64,000 nucleotides of DNA, from contig NW_027361869.1 in the NCBI RefSeq assembly GCF_039654945.1, forward strand, positions 7,812,001 through 7,876,000, given 5' to 3'. The notes below the pieces were generated by a model, which was given only the letters and a program-made list of their open reading frames with translations, did not search any database and was not told the DNA's origin. The translations under genes and the position numbers were made by a program. Positions within the stretch are counted from its first letter, which is position 1, and each line of letters opens with the position of its first letter. Below are positions 23,958 to 39,943 of this stretch, piece by piece. Source of the DNA: Dendrobates tinctorius. Taxonomy: Eukaryota.

Positions 23958-26363
23958 TCCTTGCAGAGCTGTATGATCAGTGCCACCACGTCCTCCGCTC
24001 AGGGCTACATGATCAGTGCCACCACCTTGTCCCCGCAGAGCTGTATGATCAGGGCCACCACCTCCTCCCTGCAGAGCTGTATGATTAGTACCTCCACCTA
24101 ATCCTTATAGAGCTTTAAGATCAGAGCCACCACCTTGTCCACGCTGAGCTATATGTTCAGTGCCACCACCTTGTCCCCGCAAAGCTGTATCATAAGTGCC
24201 ACTACTTTGTCCGAGCAGAGCTGTATGATCAGTGCCATCAAATTGTCCCCACAGAGCTGTATGATCAGTGCCACCATCTCCTCCCTGTAAAGCTGTATAA
24301 TCAGTGCCACCACCTCCTCTCTGCAGAGCTGTATGATCAGTGCCACCACCTCATCCCTGCAGAGCTTTATGATCAATGCCACCACCTGGTCCTTGCAGAG
24401 CTGTATGATCAGTACCACCACCTTGTCGCCACAGAGGTGTATGATCAGTGTCACCAACTTTTCCCTGCAGAGCTGTATGATCAGTGCCACCACTTCATCC
24501 CTGCAGGGCTGTATGATCTGTGCTACTGAATCATCCCTGCAGAGCTGTATGATCGGTGCCACTACCTCATCCCTGCAGAACTGCATAATCAGTGCCACGA
24601 ACTCGTCACTGCAGAGCTGTATGATCAGTGCCACCACCTTGTCCCCACAAAGCTGTATCATAAGTGCCAACACTTTGTCCGAGCAGAGCTGTATGATCAG
24701 TGCCATCAAATTGTCCCCGCAGAGCTGTATGATCAGTGCCACCATATCCTCACTGCAAAGCTGTATAATCAGAGTCACCATCTCCTCTCTGCAGAGCTGT
24801 ATGATCTGTGCCACTACCTCATCCCTGCAGAGCTGTATGATCTGTGCCACTACCTCATCCCTGCAGAGCTGTATGATCAGTGCCACAACCTCATCCCTTC
24901 AGAACCGCATGATCAGTGCCTCCAACTTATACCTAAAGAGATGTATAATCAGTGCAACCACATTGTCCCCGCAAAGCTGTATGATCAGTGCCACCACCTT
25001 GTCCCTGCAGGTCTGTAGGATCTGTGCCACTACCTCATCCCTGCAGAGCTGTATAATCAGTGTCACCACCTCCTCCCTGCTGAGCTGTATGATCAGTGCC
25101 ACCACCTCCTCCCTGCTGAGCTGTATGATTAGTGCCACCACCTCGTCACTGCAGAACTTTATGATCAGTGCCACCACCTATTCCCTTCAGAGCTGTATGA
25201 TCAGTGCCACCACCTCCTCTCTGCAGAGCTGTATGATCAGTACCAGCACCTTGTCGCCACAGACGTGTATAATCAGTGTCACCACATTGTCCCCGCAGAG
25301 GTGTATGATCAGTGCCACCTCCTCGTCCCTGGAGAGCTGTATGATCTGAGCCACTATCTCATCCCTGTAGAGCTGTATGATCAGTGCCAACACCTCGTCC
25401 TTGCAGAGCTGCATGATCAGTGCCACCAACTCCTCCCCACAGAGCTGCATGATCAGTGCAACCACCTCATCCCTGCACAGCTGTATCTTCAGTGACACCA
25501 CCTCATACCTGCAGAGCTGTATGATCAGTGCCACTACCTCATCCCTGCAAACTAGTATGTTCAGTGCCACAACCTCCTCCCTGTAGAGCTGTCTGATCAG
25601 TGCCACCACCTTGTCCGTGCTGAGCTGTATGTTCAGTGCCACCACCTTTTCCCTGCAGACCTGTGTGATCAGTGCCACCACCTTGTAGCCGCAGAATTGT
25701 ATAATCAGTGCCACCACCTTGTCACCACAAAGTTGTATGATCAGTGCCACCAGTTGGTCAGCACAGAGCAGTATGATCTGTACCACCACCTAGTACCCGC
25801 AGAGCTGTATGATCAGTGCCACCGCCTACTCCTTGCAGAGCTGTATGATCATTGCCACCACCTAATCCCTGCAGAGCTATTTGATCAGTGCCACCACGTC
25901 ATCCCCTCAGAGCTATATGATCAGTGCCACCACCTTGTCCGCGCAAAGCTGTATGATCAGTGCCACCACCTTGTCCCTGCAGAGCTATATGATGAGTGCT
26001 ACCACCTCATCCCTGCAGACCTGTACGATCAGTGCCACCACATCATCCCTGCAGAGCTTTATCATCAGTGCCACCATCTTGTCCCCGCAGAGCTGTATGA
26101 TCAATGCCACCACCTACTCCCTGCAGAGCTGTATGATTAGTACCACCACCTCATCCTTGTAGAGCTTTAAGATCAGTGCCACCACCTTGTCCACGCTGAG
26201 CTGTATGTTCAGTGCCACCAACTCCTTCCTGCAGAGCTGTATGATCAGTGCCACGACCTTGTCCCCGCAAAGCTGTAACATAAGTGCCACCACTTTGTCC
26301 CCGCAGAGCTGTATGATCAGTGCCACCACTTACTCCCTGCAGAGCTGTATGATCAGTGCCAAC

Positions 26364-27159
26364 TGTTATGATTGAGTCAGCGTAGGAGGCAGACACAAAA
26401 ATAGAAGCTACGTCCAGAAAACCAGAGAAGTTGGCAACTATCAGATTGCAGACCCATGAACCTATCAACAAAACTAGCAGCAGCCGTGGGGGGTTCCTAC
26501 GGTGCCCTAGACCCCTCGATCACAGCCGGAGAGCTAAATAGCCTAAAGACAGAAAAGGAAATCTAAACTGCCCCAGAGCAGACCCCAAAGTAAAAGGCAG
26601 CCCCCAACATATAATGACGGTGAAGCAAGATGAAAAAACACTCACACAGATAGAAAGATAGGCTGAGCAAACGATGGGGCCCAAGCTAACTAAACAGAAC
26701 AGGAAAGGAAGGTTGCTGTCTGCAATCTACCAAAACCATATCAAAGACATAAGCCAACAAGCTGATATGGAAAAAGACCCTGAAGCAGCTAGGCTTCAAA
26801 AACTAAATCAGCACTCAGGTATTTTCAGAAGACAGAGCTAAAGGAATTCAGCTCACCCCAGCAGGGAATGGCAGAAATCCAGAAAAACAAAGCAAAACAA
26901 AGTCAAAGCACAAATGCAAAAAGCCGAGCAGAAAACTTAGCTTTAGAAGACCAGGAATTCAGACTGGTTTCCAAGGATCCCACAGAGAAATCACCTGCAG
27001 GGCAGAAGGGCGTCGGCGGCCTTATATCCAGTCAGTAACTCCACCAGCCAGTCATCATCATTAGGCTCAGGTGTTTGATAATCAGGCTCACTACCTTTCT
27101 TTACCAGAAGAGGGAGTTCATTGGGCCTCAGTAGTGAAGGGGAAAATGAACTCACAACA
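26364..27159 (-). mobile_element. Solo LTR of the Gypsy element
   Basis: 796 bp, TG...CA, same GCCAAC duplication (26358-26363 and 27160-27165) and same flanking satellite variants as the full-length copy. Confidence 0.95.
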
Positions 27160-27398
27160 GCCAACATCTCCTCCCTGCAAAGCTGTCTAATCAGTGCCAC
27201 CACCTCCTCTCTGCAGAGCTTTATGATCAGTGCCACCACCTGGTCCTCGCAGAGCTGTATGATCCGTACCACCACCTTGTCGCTGCAGAGGTGTATGATC
27301 AGTGCCACCACTTCATCCCGGCAGAGCTCTATAATGAGTGCCACCACCTCGTCCCTGCTGACCTGTATGATCGGTGCCACCACCTCGTCCCTGCAGAG

Positions 27399-27648
27399 TT
27401 CTTCAGTGTTTTGTTCGCTGGCTCCACTTCATCTCCTCTTCCTCTTGCTGTCTGGGTACCTCAGGGCTCAGTCCTTGGCCCCCATCTCTTCCCTCTCTAT
27501 ACAGCCCCAATTGGACAGACCATCAGCAAATTTGGCTTTCGGTACCATCTTTATGCTGATGACACACAACTGTATACGTCTTCCCCCGACCTTACCCCTC
27601 TGTAATAGAGAACGCCAGTGACTGTCTGCCCGCAGTCTCCAATATCAT
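27399..27648 (+). mobile_element. ~250-bp L2 RT fragment, copy 2
   Basis: Near-identical to 21837-22086. Confidence 0.85.
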
Positions 27649-30600
27649 CAGAACCGTATGATCAGTGCCACCATCTATTCCCTGCAGAGCTGTATGATCT
27701 GTGCCACCACCTATTCCCTTCAGAGCTGTATGATCAGTGCCACCACCTCCTCCCTGTTGAGCTGTATGATCAGTACCACCACCTTGTCGCCGCAGAGGTG
27801 TATGATCAGTGTCACCACCTTGTCCCCGCAGAGCTGTATGATCAGTGCCACAACCTCATCCCTGCAGAACCGCATGATCAGTGCCTCCAACTTATCCCTA
27901 AAGATATATATAATCAGTGCAAACACATTGTCCCCGCAAAGCTGTATGATCAGTGCCACACCTCATCCTTGCAAAACTGTATGATCAGTGTCACCACCTC
28001 TTCCCTGCAGAGCTGTACGATCTGTGCCACTACCTCATCCCTGCAAAGCTGTATGATTAGTGCCACCACCTCGTCACTTCAGAACTGTATGGTTAGTGCC
28101 ACCACCTCGTCACTGCAGAACTGTATGATCAGTGCCACCACCTATTACCTTCAGAGCTGTGTGATCAGTGCCACCACCTCCTCCCTGCAGAGCTGTATGA
28201 TCAGTACCACCACCTTGTGGCCGCAGAGGTGTATGATCAGTGTCACCACCTCTTCCCTGCAGAGCTGTATGATCAGTGCCACCAACTTCTCCCTGCAGAG
28301 CTGTGTGTTCAGTGCCACCACCTCCTCCCTGAAGAGCTGTATAATCAGTGCCACCACCTCCTCCCTGCTGAACTGTATAATTAGTGCCACCACCTCATCC
28401 CTGCAGAGCTGTAAGATCTGTGACACAACCTTGTCCCTGCAGAGCCTTATGGTCAGTGCCACCGCCTCCTCACCACAGTGCTGTATGATCAGTGCAACCA
28501 CCTCATCCCTGCAGAGCTGTATCTTCAGTGCCACCACCTCATCCCTGCAGAGCTGTAAGATCAGTGACACTACCTCATCCCTGCAAACAAGTATGTTCAG
28601 TGCCACCACCTCCTCCCTGTAGAGCTGTCTGATCAGTACCACCACTATGTCCGTGCTGAGCTGTATGTTCAGTGCCACCACCTTTCCCTGCAGTGCTGTA
28701 TGTTCAGTGCCACCAACTCCTCCCTGTAGAGCTGTCTGATCAGTACCACCACTTTGTCCACGCTGAGCTGTATGTTCAGTGCCACCACCTTTCCCAGCAG
28801 TGCTGTATGTTCAGCGCCACCACCTCCTCCCTGCAGAGCTGTATGATCAGTACCACCACCTTGTCCCCGCAGAGATGTATGATCCGTGCCACAACCTCAT
28901 CCCTGCAGAACCGAATGATCAGTGCCTCCAACTTATCCCTAAAGAGATATGTAATCAGTGCAACCACATTGTCCCCGCAAAGCTGTATGATCAGTGCCAA
29001 CACATCATCCTTGCAGAGCTGTATGATCAGTGCCACCAACTCCTCCCTGCAGAGCTGCATGATCATTGCCACCATCTTATCCACACAGAGCTGTATGATC
29101 AGTGCCACCACCTACTCCCTGCAGAGCTGTGTGATCAGTGCCACCACCTCCTCCCTGCAGAGCTGTATGATCAATGCCACCACCTCCTTCCCGCAGAACT
29201 GTATGATCAGTGCCACCACCTCATCCCTGCAGAGCTTTAAGATCAGTGACTCAACCTTGTCCCTGCAGAGACTTATGATCTGTGCAACCACCTCATCCTT
29301 GCAGAACTGTATCTTCAGTGCCACCACCTCACCCCTGCAGAGCTGTATATTCAGTGCCACTACCTCATACCGGCAAACAAGTATTTTCAGTGCCACCACC
29401 TCCTTCCTGTAGAGCTGTCTGATCAGTGCCACCACCTTGTCCGCGCTGAGCTGTATAATCAGTGCCACCACCTCTTCCCTGCAGAGCAGTATGATTAGTA
29501 CCTCCACCTCATCCTTGCAAAGCTATAAGATCAGAGCCACCACCTTGTCCATGCTGAGCTATATGTTCAGTGCCACCACCTTGTCCCCGCAAAGCTGTAT
29601 CATAAGTGCCACCACTTTGTCCGAGCAGAGATGTATGATCAGTGCTATCAAATTGTCCACACAGAGCTGTATGATCAGTGCCACCACCTCCTCTCTGCAG
29701 AGCTGTATGATCAGTGCCACAACCTCATCCTTGCAGAACCACATGATCAGTGCCTCCAACTTATCCCTAAAGAGATGTATAATCAGTACAACCACATTGT
29801 CCCCGTAAAGATGTATGATCAGTGCCACAACCTTGTCTGCGCAAGGCTGTATGATAAGTGCCAACACCTCGTCCCTGCAGAGCTGTATGATCAGTGCCAC
29901 CAACTCTTCCCTGCAGATCTTTATGATCAGTGCCACCACCTGGCCCTTGCAGGGCTCTATGATCAGTGTCACCACATTGTCCCCGCAGAGCTGTATGATC
30001 AGTGCCACCAACTCTTCCCTGCAGATCTTTATGATCAGTGCCACCACCTGGCCCTTGCAGGGCTCTATGATCAGTGTCACCACATTGTCCCCGCAGAGCT
30101 GTATGATCTGTGCCACTACCTCATCCCTGCAGAGCTGTACCATTAGTGCCACCAAATCGTCACTGCAGAACTGTATGATCAGTGCCACCAACTATTCCCT
30201 TCAGAGCTGTGTGATCAGTGCCACCACCTTCTCCATGCAGAGCTGTATGATCAGTACCACCACCTTGTCACCGCAGAGGTGTATGATCAGTGCAACCACA
30301 TTGTCCCCGCAAAGCTGTATGATCAGTGCCAACACCTCATCCTTGCAGATCTGTATGATAAGTGTCACCTCCTCTTCCCTGCAGAGCTGTATGATCAGTG
30401 CCACCAACTCCTCCCTGCAGAGCTGTATGATCAGTGCCACCATCTTAGCCACACAGAGCTGTATTATCAGTGCCACAACCTACTCCCTGCAGAGCTGTGT
30501 GATCAGTGCCACCACCTCCTCCCTGAAGAGCTGTATGATCAGTGCCACCACCTCCTCCCTGCAGAACTGTATGATCAGTGCCACCACTTCATCCATGCAG

Positions 30601-31299
30601 AGCTGTAAGATCAGTGACACAACCTTGTCCCTGCAGAGCCTTATGATCAGTGCCACCGCCTCCTCCCCAAAGAGCTGTATGATCAGTGCAACCACCTCAT
30701 CCCTGCAGAGCTGTATCGTCAGTGCCACCACCTCATCCCTGCAGAGCTGTATGATCAGTGCCACTACCTCATCCTTGTAAACAAGTATGTTCAGTGCCAC
30801 CACCTCCTCCCTGTAGAGCTGTATGATCATTGCCACCATCTTATCCACACAGAGCTGTATGATCAGTGCCACCACCTCCTCCCTGCAGAGCTGTATGATC
30901 ATTGCCACCATCTTATCCACACAGAGCTGTATGATCAGTGCCACCACCTCCTCCCTGCAGAACTGTATGAACAGTGCCACCACCTCATCCCTGCAGAGCT
31001 TTAAGATCAGTGACACAACCTTGTCCCTGCAGATCCTTATGATCAGTGCAACCAACTCATCCCTGCAGACCTGTATCTTCAGTGCCGCCACCTCATCCCT
31101 GCAGAGCTGTATAATCAGTGCCACTACCTCATCCCGGCAAACAAGCATGTTCAGTGCCACCACCTCGTCACTGCAGGGCTGTATGATCTGTGCCACTACC
31201 TCCTCTCCTCCCTGCAGAGCTGTATGATCAGTGCCACAACCTCATCCCTGCAGAACTGCATGAACAGTTCCACCACCTCGTCAATGCAGAGCTGTATGA

Positions 31300-31458
<159 letters not shown>

Positions 31459-31656
31459 CCAGCATCAATGTGCTCTCCATCCGCATGCCATACACAGTAC
31501 CCCAATTTTGGCCTGTATGATCAGTGCCACCTCCTCCTCCCCGCAGAGCTGTATGATCAGTGCCACCACTTCATCCCTGCAGAGCTCTATAATGAGTGCC
31601 ACCACCTCGTCCCTGCTGACCTGTATGATCGGTGCCACCACCTCGTCTCTGCAGAG

Positions 31657-31906
31657 TTCTTCAGTGTTTTGTTCGCTGGCTCCACTTCATCTCCTCTTCC
31701 TCTTGCTTTCTGGGTACCTCAGGGCTCAGTCCTTGGCCCCCATCTCTTCTTGCTCTATACAGCCCCAATTGGACAGACCATCAGCAAATTTGGCTTTCGG
31801 TAGCATCTTTATGCTGATGACACACAACTGTATACGTCTTCCCCCGACCTTACCCCTCTGTAATACAGAACGCCAGTGACAGTCTGTCCGCAGTCTCCAA
31901 TATCAT
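31657..31906 (+). mobile_element. ~250-bp L2 RT fragment, copy 3
   Basis: Near-identical to 21837-22086. Confidence 0.85.
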
Positions 31907-32844
31907 CAGAACTCTATGATCAGTGCCACCATCTATTCCCTGCAGAGCTGTATGATCAGTGCCACCACCTATTCCCTTCAGAGCTGTGTGATCAGTGCCA
32001 CCACCTCCTCCCTGCAGAGCTGTATGATCAGTACCACCACCTTGTCGCCGCAGAGGTGTATGATCAGTGTCACCACCTTGTCCCCGCAGAGCAGTATGAT
32101 CAGTGCCACAACCTCATCCCTGCAGAACCGCATGATCAGTGCCTCCAACTTATCCCTAAAGACATATATAATCAGTGCAACCACATTGTCCCCGCAAAGC
32201 TGTATGATCAGTGCCACCACCTCCTCCCTGCAGAACTGTATGATCAGTGCCACCACCTCATCCATGCAGAGCTGTAAGATCAGTGACACAACCTGGTCCC
32301 TGCAGAGCCTTATGATCAGTGCCACCGCCTCCTTCCCAAAGAGCTGTATGATCAGTGCAACCACCTCATCCCTGCAGAGCTGTATGTTCAGTGCTACTAC
32401 CTCATCCCTGTAAACAAGTATGTTCAGTGCCACCACCTCCTCCCTGTAGAGCTGTCTGATCAGTACCACCTCCTTGTCCTCGCTGAGCTGTATGTTCAGT
32501 GCCACTACCTCATCCCGGCAAACAAGTATGTTCAGTGCCACCACCTCCTCCCTGTAGAGCTGTCTGATCAGTGCCACCACCCTGTCCGCGCTGAGCTGTA
32601 TGTTCAGTGCCACCACCTTTTCCCTGCAGAGCTGTTTGTTCAGTGCCACCACCTTTCCATGCAGAGCTGTATGATCAGTGTCACCACCCTGTCGCCGCCG
32701 AACTGTATAATCAGTGCCACCACATTGTCACCGCAAAGCTGTATGATCAGTGCCACCAGTTGGTCAGCACAGAGCTGTATGATCATTACCACCACCTAGT
32801 CCCCGCAGAGCTGTATGATCAGTGCCACCGCCTACTCCTTGCAG

Positions 32845-33174
32845 GCGTATCTATCCACCTGACGAAGGAGATTTATTTCTGAAACGCCCGTGGGGGCATG
32901 TTCTTATACAACTCACGTAGCGTCAATCGGCTTACAGGTATTTTACACCTTGTGTTTTGTTGCACACGCCTTAGTGCGATTTGAATTTTTTGCACAGCTG
33001 CACCTCTGCACTTTGGGCACATTCATTATACATATATTTATTTTCTTTTTATGTAATTATCCTTGTGTCACTATATATATGCATTTTTGTACCTGGTTCA
33101 TTAATTAAGAATTTTTGATATGGATTGGTTTTCCATTATCCATAAACACATGGCTAATGTGATTGTATACTCTA

Positions 33175-33219
<45 letters not shown>

Positions 33220-33382
33220 AATGCACTTAATTGTTGTGTCAATATTTTAATAAAGGCATCTTTATTTAAAAAAATAAAAATTGTGCCATTTATTATTATC
33301 ATTGTTATTATTTTTATCATTCATGTAGCATCTTTTTTATCCTGTGGGATTTCTCATTCCCATCCATCTTTGAGTTATTTTT
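32845..33382 (+). mobile_element. AT-rich hammerhead-like/(TA)n insert, copy 2
   Basis: Near-identical to 23420-23957. Confidence 0.5.
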
Positions 33383-36300
33383 TCCTTGCAGAGCTGTATG
33401 ATCAGTGCCACCACGTCCTCCGCTCAGGGCTACATGATCAGTGCCACCACCTTGTCCACGCAAAGCTGTATGATCAGTGCCACCACCTCATCCCTGCAGA
33501 GCTTTATGATTAGTGTCACCATCTTGTCCCCGCAGAGCTGTATGATCAGGGCCACCACCTCCTCCCTGCAGAGCTGTATGATTAGTACCTCCACCTAATC
33601 CTTATAGAGCTTTAAGATCAGAGCCACCACCTTGTCCACGCTGAGCTATATGTTCAGTGCCACCACCTTGTCCCCGCAAAGCTGTATCATAAGTGCCACT
33701 ACTTTGTCCGAGCAGAGCTGTATGATCAGTGCCATCAAATTGTCCCCACAGAGCTGTATGATCAGTGCCACCATCTCCTCCCTGTAAAGCTGTATAATCA
33801 GTGCCACCACCTCCTCTCTGCAGAGCTGTATGATCAGTGCCACCACCTCATCCCTGCAGAGCTTTATGATCAATGCCACCACCTGGTCCTTGCAGAGCTG
33901 TATGATCAGTACCACCACCTTGTCGCCACAGAGGTGTATGATCAGTGTCACCAACTTTTCCCTGCAGAGCTGTATGATCAGTGCCACCACTTCATCCCTG
34001 CAGGGCTGTATGATCTGTGCTACTGAATCATCCCTGCAGAACTGCATGATCAGTGCCACGACCTCGTCACTGCAGAGCTGTATGATCAGTGCCACCACCT
34101 TGTCCCCACAAAGCTGTATCATAAGTGCCAACACTTTGTCCGAGCAGAGCTGTATGATCAGTGCCATCAAATTGTCCCCGCAGAGCTGTATGATCAGTGC
34201 CACCATATCCTCACTGCAAAGCTGTATAATCAGTGTCACCATCTCCTCTCTGCAGAGCTGTATGATCTGTGCCACTACCTCATCCCTGCAGAGCTGTATG
34301 ATCTGTGCCACTACCTCATCCCTGCAGAGCTGTATGATCAGTGCCACAACCTCATCCCTTCAGAACCGCATGATCAGTGCCTCCAACTTATACCTAAAGA
34401 GATGTATAATCAGTGCAACCACATTGTCCCCGCAAAGCTGTATGATTAGTGCCACCACCTTGTCCCTGCAGGTCTGTAGGATCTGTGCCACTACCTCATC
34501 CCTGCAGAGCTGTATAATCAGTGTCACCACCTCCTCCCTGCTGAGCTGTATGATCAGTGCCACCACCTCCTCCCTGCTGAGCTGTATGATTAGTGCCACT
34601 ACCTCGTCACTGCAGAACTTTATGATCAGTGCCACCACCTATTCCCTTCAGAGCTGTATGATCAGTGCCACCACCTCCTCCCTGCAGAGCTGTATGATCA
34701 GTGCCACCACCTCCTCCCTGCAGAGCTGTATGATCAGTGCCAGCAACTTGTCGCCACAGACGTGTATAATCAGTGTCACCACATTGTCCCCGCAGAGGTG
34801 TATGATCAGTGCCACCTCCTCGTCCCTGCAGAGCTGTATGATCTGAGCCACTATCTCATCCCTGTAGAGCTGTATGATCAGTGCCACAACCTCATCCCTG
34901 CAGAACTGCATGATCAGTGCCTCCAACTTGTCCCTAAAGAGATGTATAATCAGTGCAACCACATTGTCCCCGCAAAGCTGTATGATCAGTGCCAACACCT
35001 CGTCCTTGCAGAGTTGCATGATCAGTGCCACCAACTCCTCCCCACAGAGCTGCATGATCAGTGCAACCACCTCATCCCTGCACAGCTGTATCTTCAGTGA
35101 CACCACCTCATACCTGCAGAGCTGTATGATCAGTGCCACTACCTCATCCCTGCAAACTAGTATGTTCAGTGCCACAACCTCCTCCCTGTAGAGCTGTCTG
35201 ATCAGTGCCACCACCTTGTCCGTGCTGAGCTGTATGTTCAGTGCCACCACCTTTTCCCTGCAGACCTGTGTGATCAGTGCCTCCACCTTGTAGCCGCAGA
35301 ATTGTATAATCAGTGCCACCACCTTGTCACCACAAAGTTGTATGATCAGTGCCACCAGTTGGTCAGCACAGAGCAGTATGATCAGTACCACCACCTAGTA
35401 CCCGCAGAGCTGTATGATCAGTGCCACCGCCTACTCCTTGCAGAGCTGTATGATCATTGCCACCACCTAATCCCTGCAGAGCTATTTGATCAGTGCCACC
35501 ACGTCATCCCCTCAGAGCTATATGATCAGTGCCACCGCCTTGTCCACGCAAAGCTGTATGATCAGTGCCACCACCTCGTCCCTGCAGAGCTTTATGATCA
35601 GTGCCACCATCTTGTCCCCGCAGAGCTGTATGATCAGTGCCACCACCTCCTCCCTGCAAAGCTGTATGATTAGAACCATCACCTCATCCTTGTAGAGCTT
35701 TAAGATCAGTGCCACCACCTTGTCCACGCTGAGCTGTAACATAAGTGCCACCACTTTGTCCGAGCAGAGCTGCATGATCAGTGCCACCATTTCCTCCCTG
35801 CAGAGCTGTATGATCCGTACCACCACCATGTCGCCGCAGAGGTGTATGATCAGTGTCACCACCTTGTCCCCGCAGAGCTATAAGATCAGTGCCACCACCT
35901 CGTCCCTGCAGGGCTGTATGATCTGTGCCACCACCTCGTCACTGCAGAACTGTATGATTAGTGCCACCACCTCATCACTGCAGAACTGTATGATCAGTGC
36001 CACCACCTCCTCCCTGTTGAGCTGTATGATCAGTACCACCACCTTGTCGCCGCAGAGGTGTATGATCAGTGTCACCACCTTGTCCCCGCAGAGCTGTATG
36101 ATCAGTGCCACAACCTCATCCCTGCAGAACCGCATGATCAGTGCCTCCAACTTATCCCTAAAGATATATATATATAATCAGTGCAACCACATTGTCCCCG
36201 CAAAGCTGTATGATCAGTGCCACACCTCATCCTTGCAAAACTGTATGATCAGTGTCACCACCTCTTCCCTGCAGAGCTGTACGATCTGTGCCACTACCTC

Positions 36301-39300
36301 ATCCCTGCAAAGCTGTATGATAAGTGCCACCACCTCGTCACTTCAGAACTGTATGGTTAGTGCCACCACCTCGTCACTGCAGAACTGTATGATCAGTGCC
36401 ACCACCTATTCCCTTCAGAGCTGTGTGATCAGTGCCACCACCTCCTCCCTGCAGAGCTGTATGATCAGTACCACCACCTTGTGGCCGCAGAGGTGTATGA
36501 TCAGTGTCACCACCTCTTCCCTGCAGAGCTGTATGATCAGTGCCACCAACTTCTCCCTGCAGAGCTGTGTTTTCAGTGCCACCACCTCCTCCCTGAAGAG
36601 CTGTATGATCAGTGCCACTACCTCCTCCCTGCTGAACTGTATAATTAGTGCCACCACCTCATCCCTGCAGAGCTGTAAGATCTGTGACACAACCTTGTCC
36701 CTGCAGAGCCTTATGGTCAGTGCCACCGCCTCCTCACCACAGTGCTGTATGATCAGTGCAACCACCTCATCCCTGCAGAGCTGTATCTTCAGTGCCACCA
36801 CCTCATCCCTGCAGAGCTGTAAGATCAGTGACACTACCTCATCCCTGCAAACAAGTATGTTCAGTGCCACCACCTCCTCCCTGTAGAGCTGTCTGATCAG
36901 TACCACCACTATGTCCGTGCTGAGCTGTATGTTCAGTGCGACCACCTTTCCCTGCAGTGCTGTATGTTCAGTGCCACCAACTCCTCCCTGTAGAGCTGTC
37001 TGATCAGTACCACCACTTTGTCCACGCTGAGCTGTATGTTCAGTGCCACCACCTTTCCCTGCAGTGCTGTATGTACAGCGCCACCACCTCCTCCCTGCAG
37101 AGCTGTATGATCAGTACCACCACCTTGTCCCCGTAGAGCTGTATGATCAGTGCCACAACCTCATCCCTGCAGAACCGCATGATCAGTGCCTCCAACTTAT
37201 CCCTAAAGAGATATATAATCAGTGCAACCACATTGTCCCCGCAAAGCTGTATGATCAGTGCCAACACATCATCCTTGCAGAGCTGTATGATCAGTGCCAC
37301 CAACTCCTCCCTGCAGAGCTGCAAGATCATTGCCACCATCTTATCCACACAGAGCTGTATGATCAGTGCCACCACCTACTCCCTGCAGAGCTGTGTGATC
37401 AGTGCCACCACCTCCTCCCTGCAGAGCTGTATGATCAATGCCACCACCTCCTCCCCGCAGAACTGTATGATCAGTGCCACCATCTCATCCCTGCAGAGCT
37501 TTAAGATCAGTGACTCAACCTTGTCCCTGCAGAGACTTATGATCAGTGCAACCACCTCATCCTTGCAGAACTGTATCTTCAGTGCCACCACCTCACCCCT
37601 GCAGAGCTGTATAATCAGTGCCACTACCTCATCCCGGCAAACAAGTATTTTCAGTGCCACCACCTCCTTCCTGTAGAGCTGTCTGATCAGTGCCACCACC
37701 TTGTCCGCGCTGAGCTGTATAATCAGTGCCACCACCTCTTCACTGCAGAGCAGTATGATTAGTACCTCCACCTCATCCTTGCAAAGCTATAAGATCAGTG
37801 CCACCACCTTGTCCCCGCAAAGCTGTATCATAAGTGCCACCACTTTGTCCGAGCAGAGATGTATGATCAGTGCTATCAAATTGTCCACACAGTGCTGTAT
37901 GATCAGTGCCACCACCTCCTCTCTGCAGAGCTGTATGATCAGTGCCACAACCTCATCCTTGCAGAACCACATGATCAGTGCCTCCAACTTATCCCTAAAG
38001 AGATGTATAATCAGTATAAAAACATTGTCCCCGTAAAGATGTATGATCAGTGCCACCACCTTGTCTGCGCAAGGCTGTATGATAAGTGCCAACACCTCGT
38101 CCCTGCAGAGCTGTATGATCAGTGCCACCAACTCTTCCCTGCAGATCTTTATGATCAGTGCCACCACCTGGCCCTTGCAGGGCTCTATGATCAGTGTCAC
38201 CACATTGTCCCCGCAGAGCTGTATGATCAGTGCCACCAACTCTTCCCTGCAGATCTTTATGATCAGTGCCACCACCTGGCCCTTGCAGGGCTCTATGATC
38301 AGTGTCACCACATTGTCCCCGCAGAGCTGTATGATCTGTGCCACTACCTCATCCCTGCAGAGCTGTACCATTAGTGCCACCAAATCGTCACTGCAGAACT
38401 GTATGATCAGTGCCACCACCTTCTCCATGCAGAGCTGTATGATCAGTACCACCACCTTGTCACCGCAGAGGTGTATGATCAGTGCCACCACATTGTCCCC
38501 GCAAAGCTGTATGATCAGTGCCAACACCTCATCCTTGCAGATCTGTATGATAAGTGTCACCTCCTCTTCCCTGCAGAGCTGTATGATCAGTGCCACCAAC
38601 TCCTCCCTGCAGAGCTGTATGATCAGTGCCACCATCTTAGCCACACAGAGCTGAATTATCAGTGCCACAACCTACTCCCTGCAGAGCTGTGTGATCAGTG
38701 CCACCACCTCCTCCCTGAAGAGCTGTATGATCAGTGCCACCACCTCCTCCCTGCAGAACTGTATGATCAGTGCCACCACTTCATCCATGCAGAGCTGTAA
38801 GATCAGTGACACAACCTTGTCCCTGCAGAGCCTTATGATCAGTGCCACCGCCTCCTCCCCAAAGAGCTGTATGATCAGTGCAACCACCTCATCCCTGCAG
38901 AGCTGTATCGTCAGTGCCACCACCTCATCCCTGCAGAGCTGTATGATCAGTGCCACTACCTCATCCCTGTAAACAAGTATGTTCAGTGCCACCACCTCCT
39001 CCCTGTAGAGCTGTATGATCATTGCCACCATCTTATCCACACAGAGCTGTATGATCAGTGCCACCACCTCCTCCCTGCAGAGCTGTATGATCATTGCCAC
39101 CATCTTATCCACACAGAGCTGTATGATCAGTGCCACCACCTCCTCCCTGCAGAACTGTATGAACAGTGCCACCTCATCCCTGCAGAGCTTTAAGATCAGT
39201 GACCCAACCTTGTCCCTGCAGATCCTTATGATCAGTGCAACCAACTCATCCCTGCAGACCTGTATCTTCAGTGCCGCCACCTCATCCCTGCAGAGCTGTA

Positions 39301-39580
39301 TAATCAGTGCCACTACCTCATCCCGGCAATCAAGTATGTTCAGTGCCACCACCTCCTCCCTGTAGAGCTGTCTCATCAGTGCCACCACCTTTTCCCTGCA
39401 GAGCTGTTTGTTCAGTGCCACCACCTTTCCATGCAGAGCTGTATGATCCGTGTCACCACCTTCTCGCCGCAGAACTGTATAATCAGTGCCACCACATTGC
39501 CACCGCAAAGCTGTATGATCAGTGCCACCACCTAGTCCCCGCAGAGCTGTATGATCAGTGCCACCGCCTACTCCTTGCAG

Positions 39581-39887
39581 GCGTATCTATCCACCTGACG
39601 AAGGAGATTTATTTCCGAAACGCCCGTCGGGGCATGTTCTTATACAACTCACATAGAGTCAATCGGCTTACAGGTATTTTACACTTTGTGTTTTGTTGCA
39701 CACGCCTTAGTGCGATTTGAATTTTTTGCACAGCTGCACCTCTGCACTTTGGGCACATTCATTATACATAAATTTATTTTCTTTTTATGTAATTATCCTT
39801 GTGTCACTATATATATGCATTTTTGTACCTGGTTCATTAATTAAGCCTTTTTGATATGGATTGGTTTTGGCTAATCTGATTGTATAC

Positions 39888-39943
<56 letters not shown>
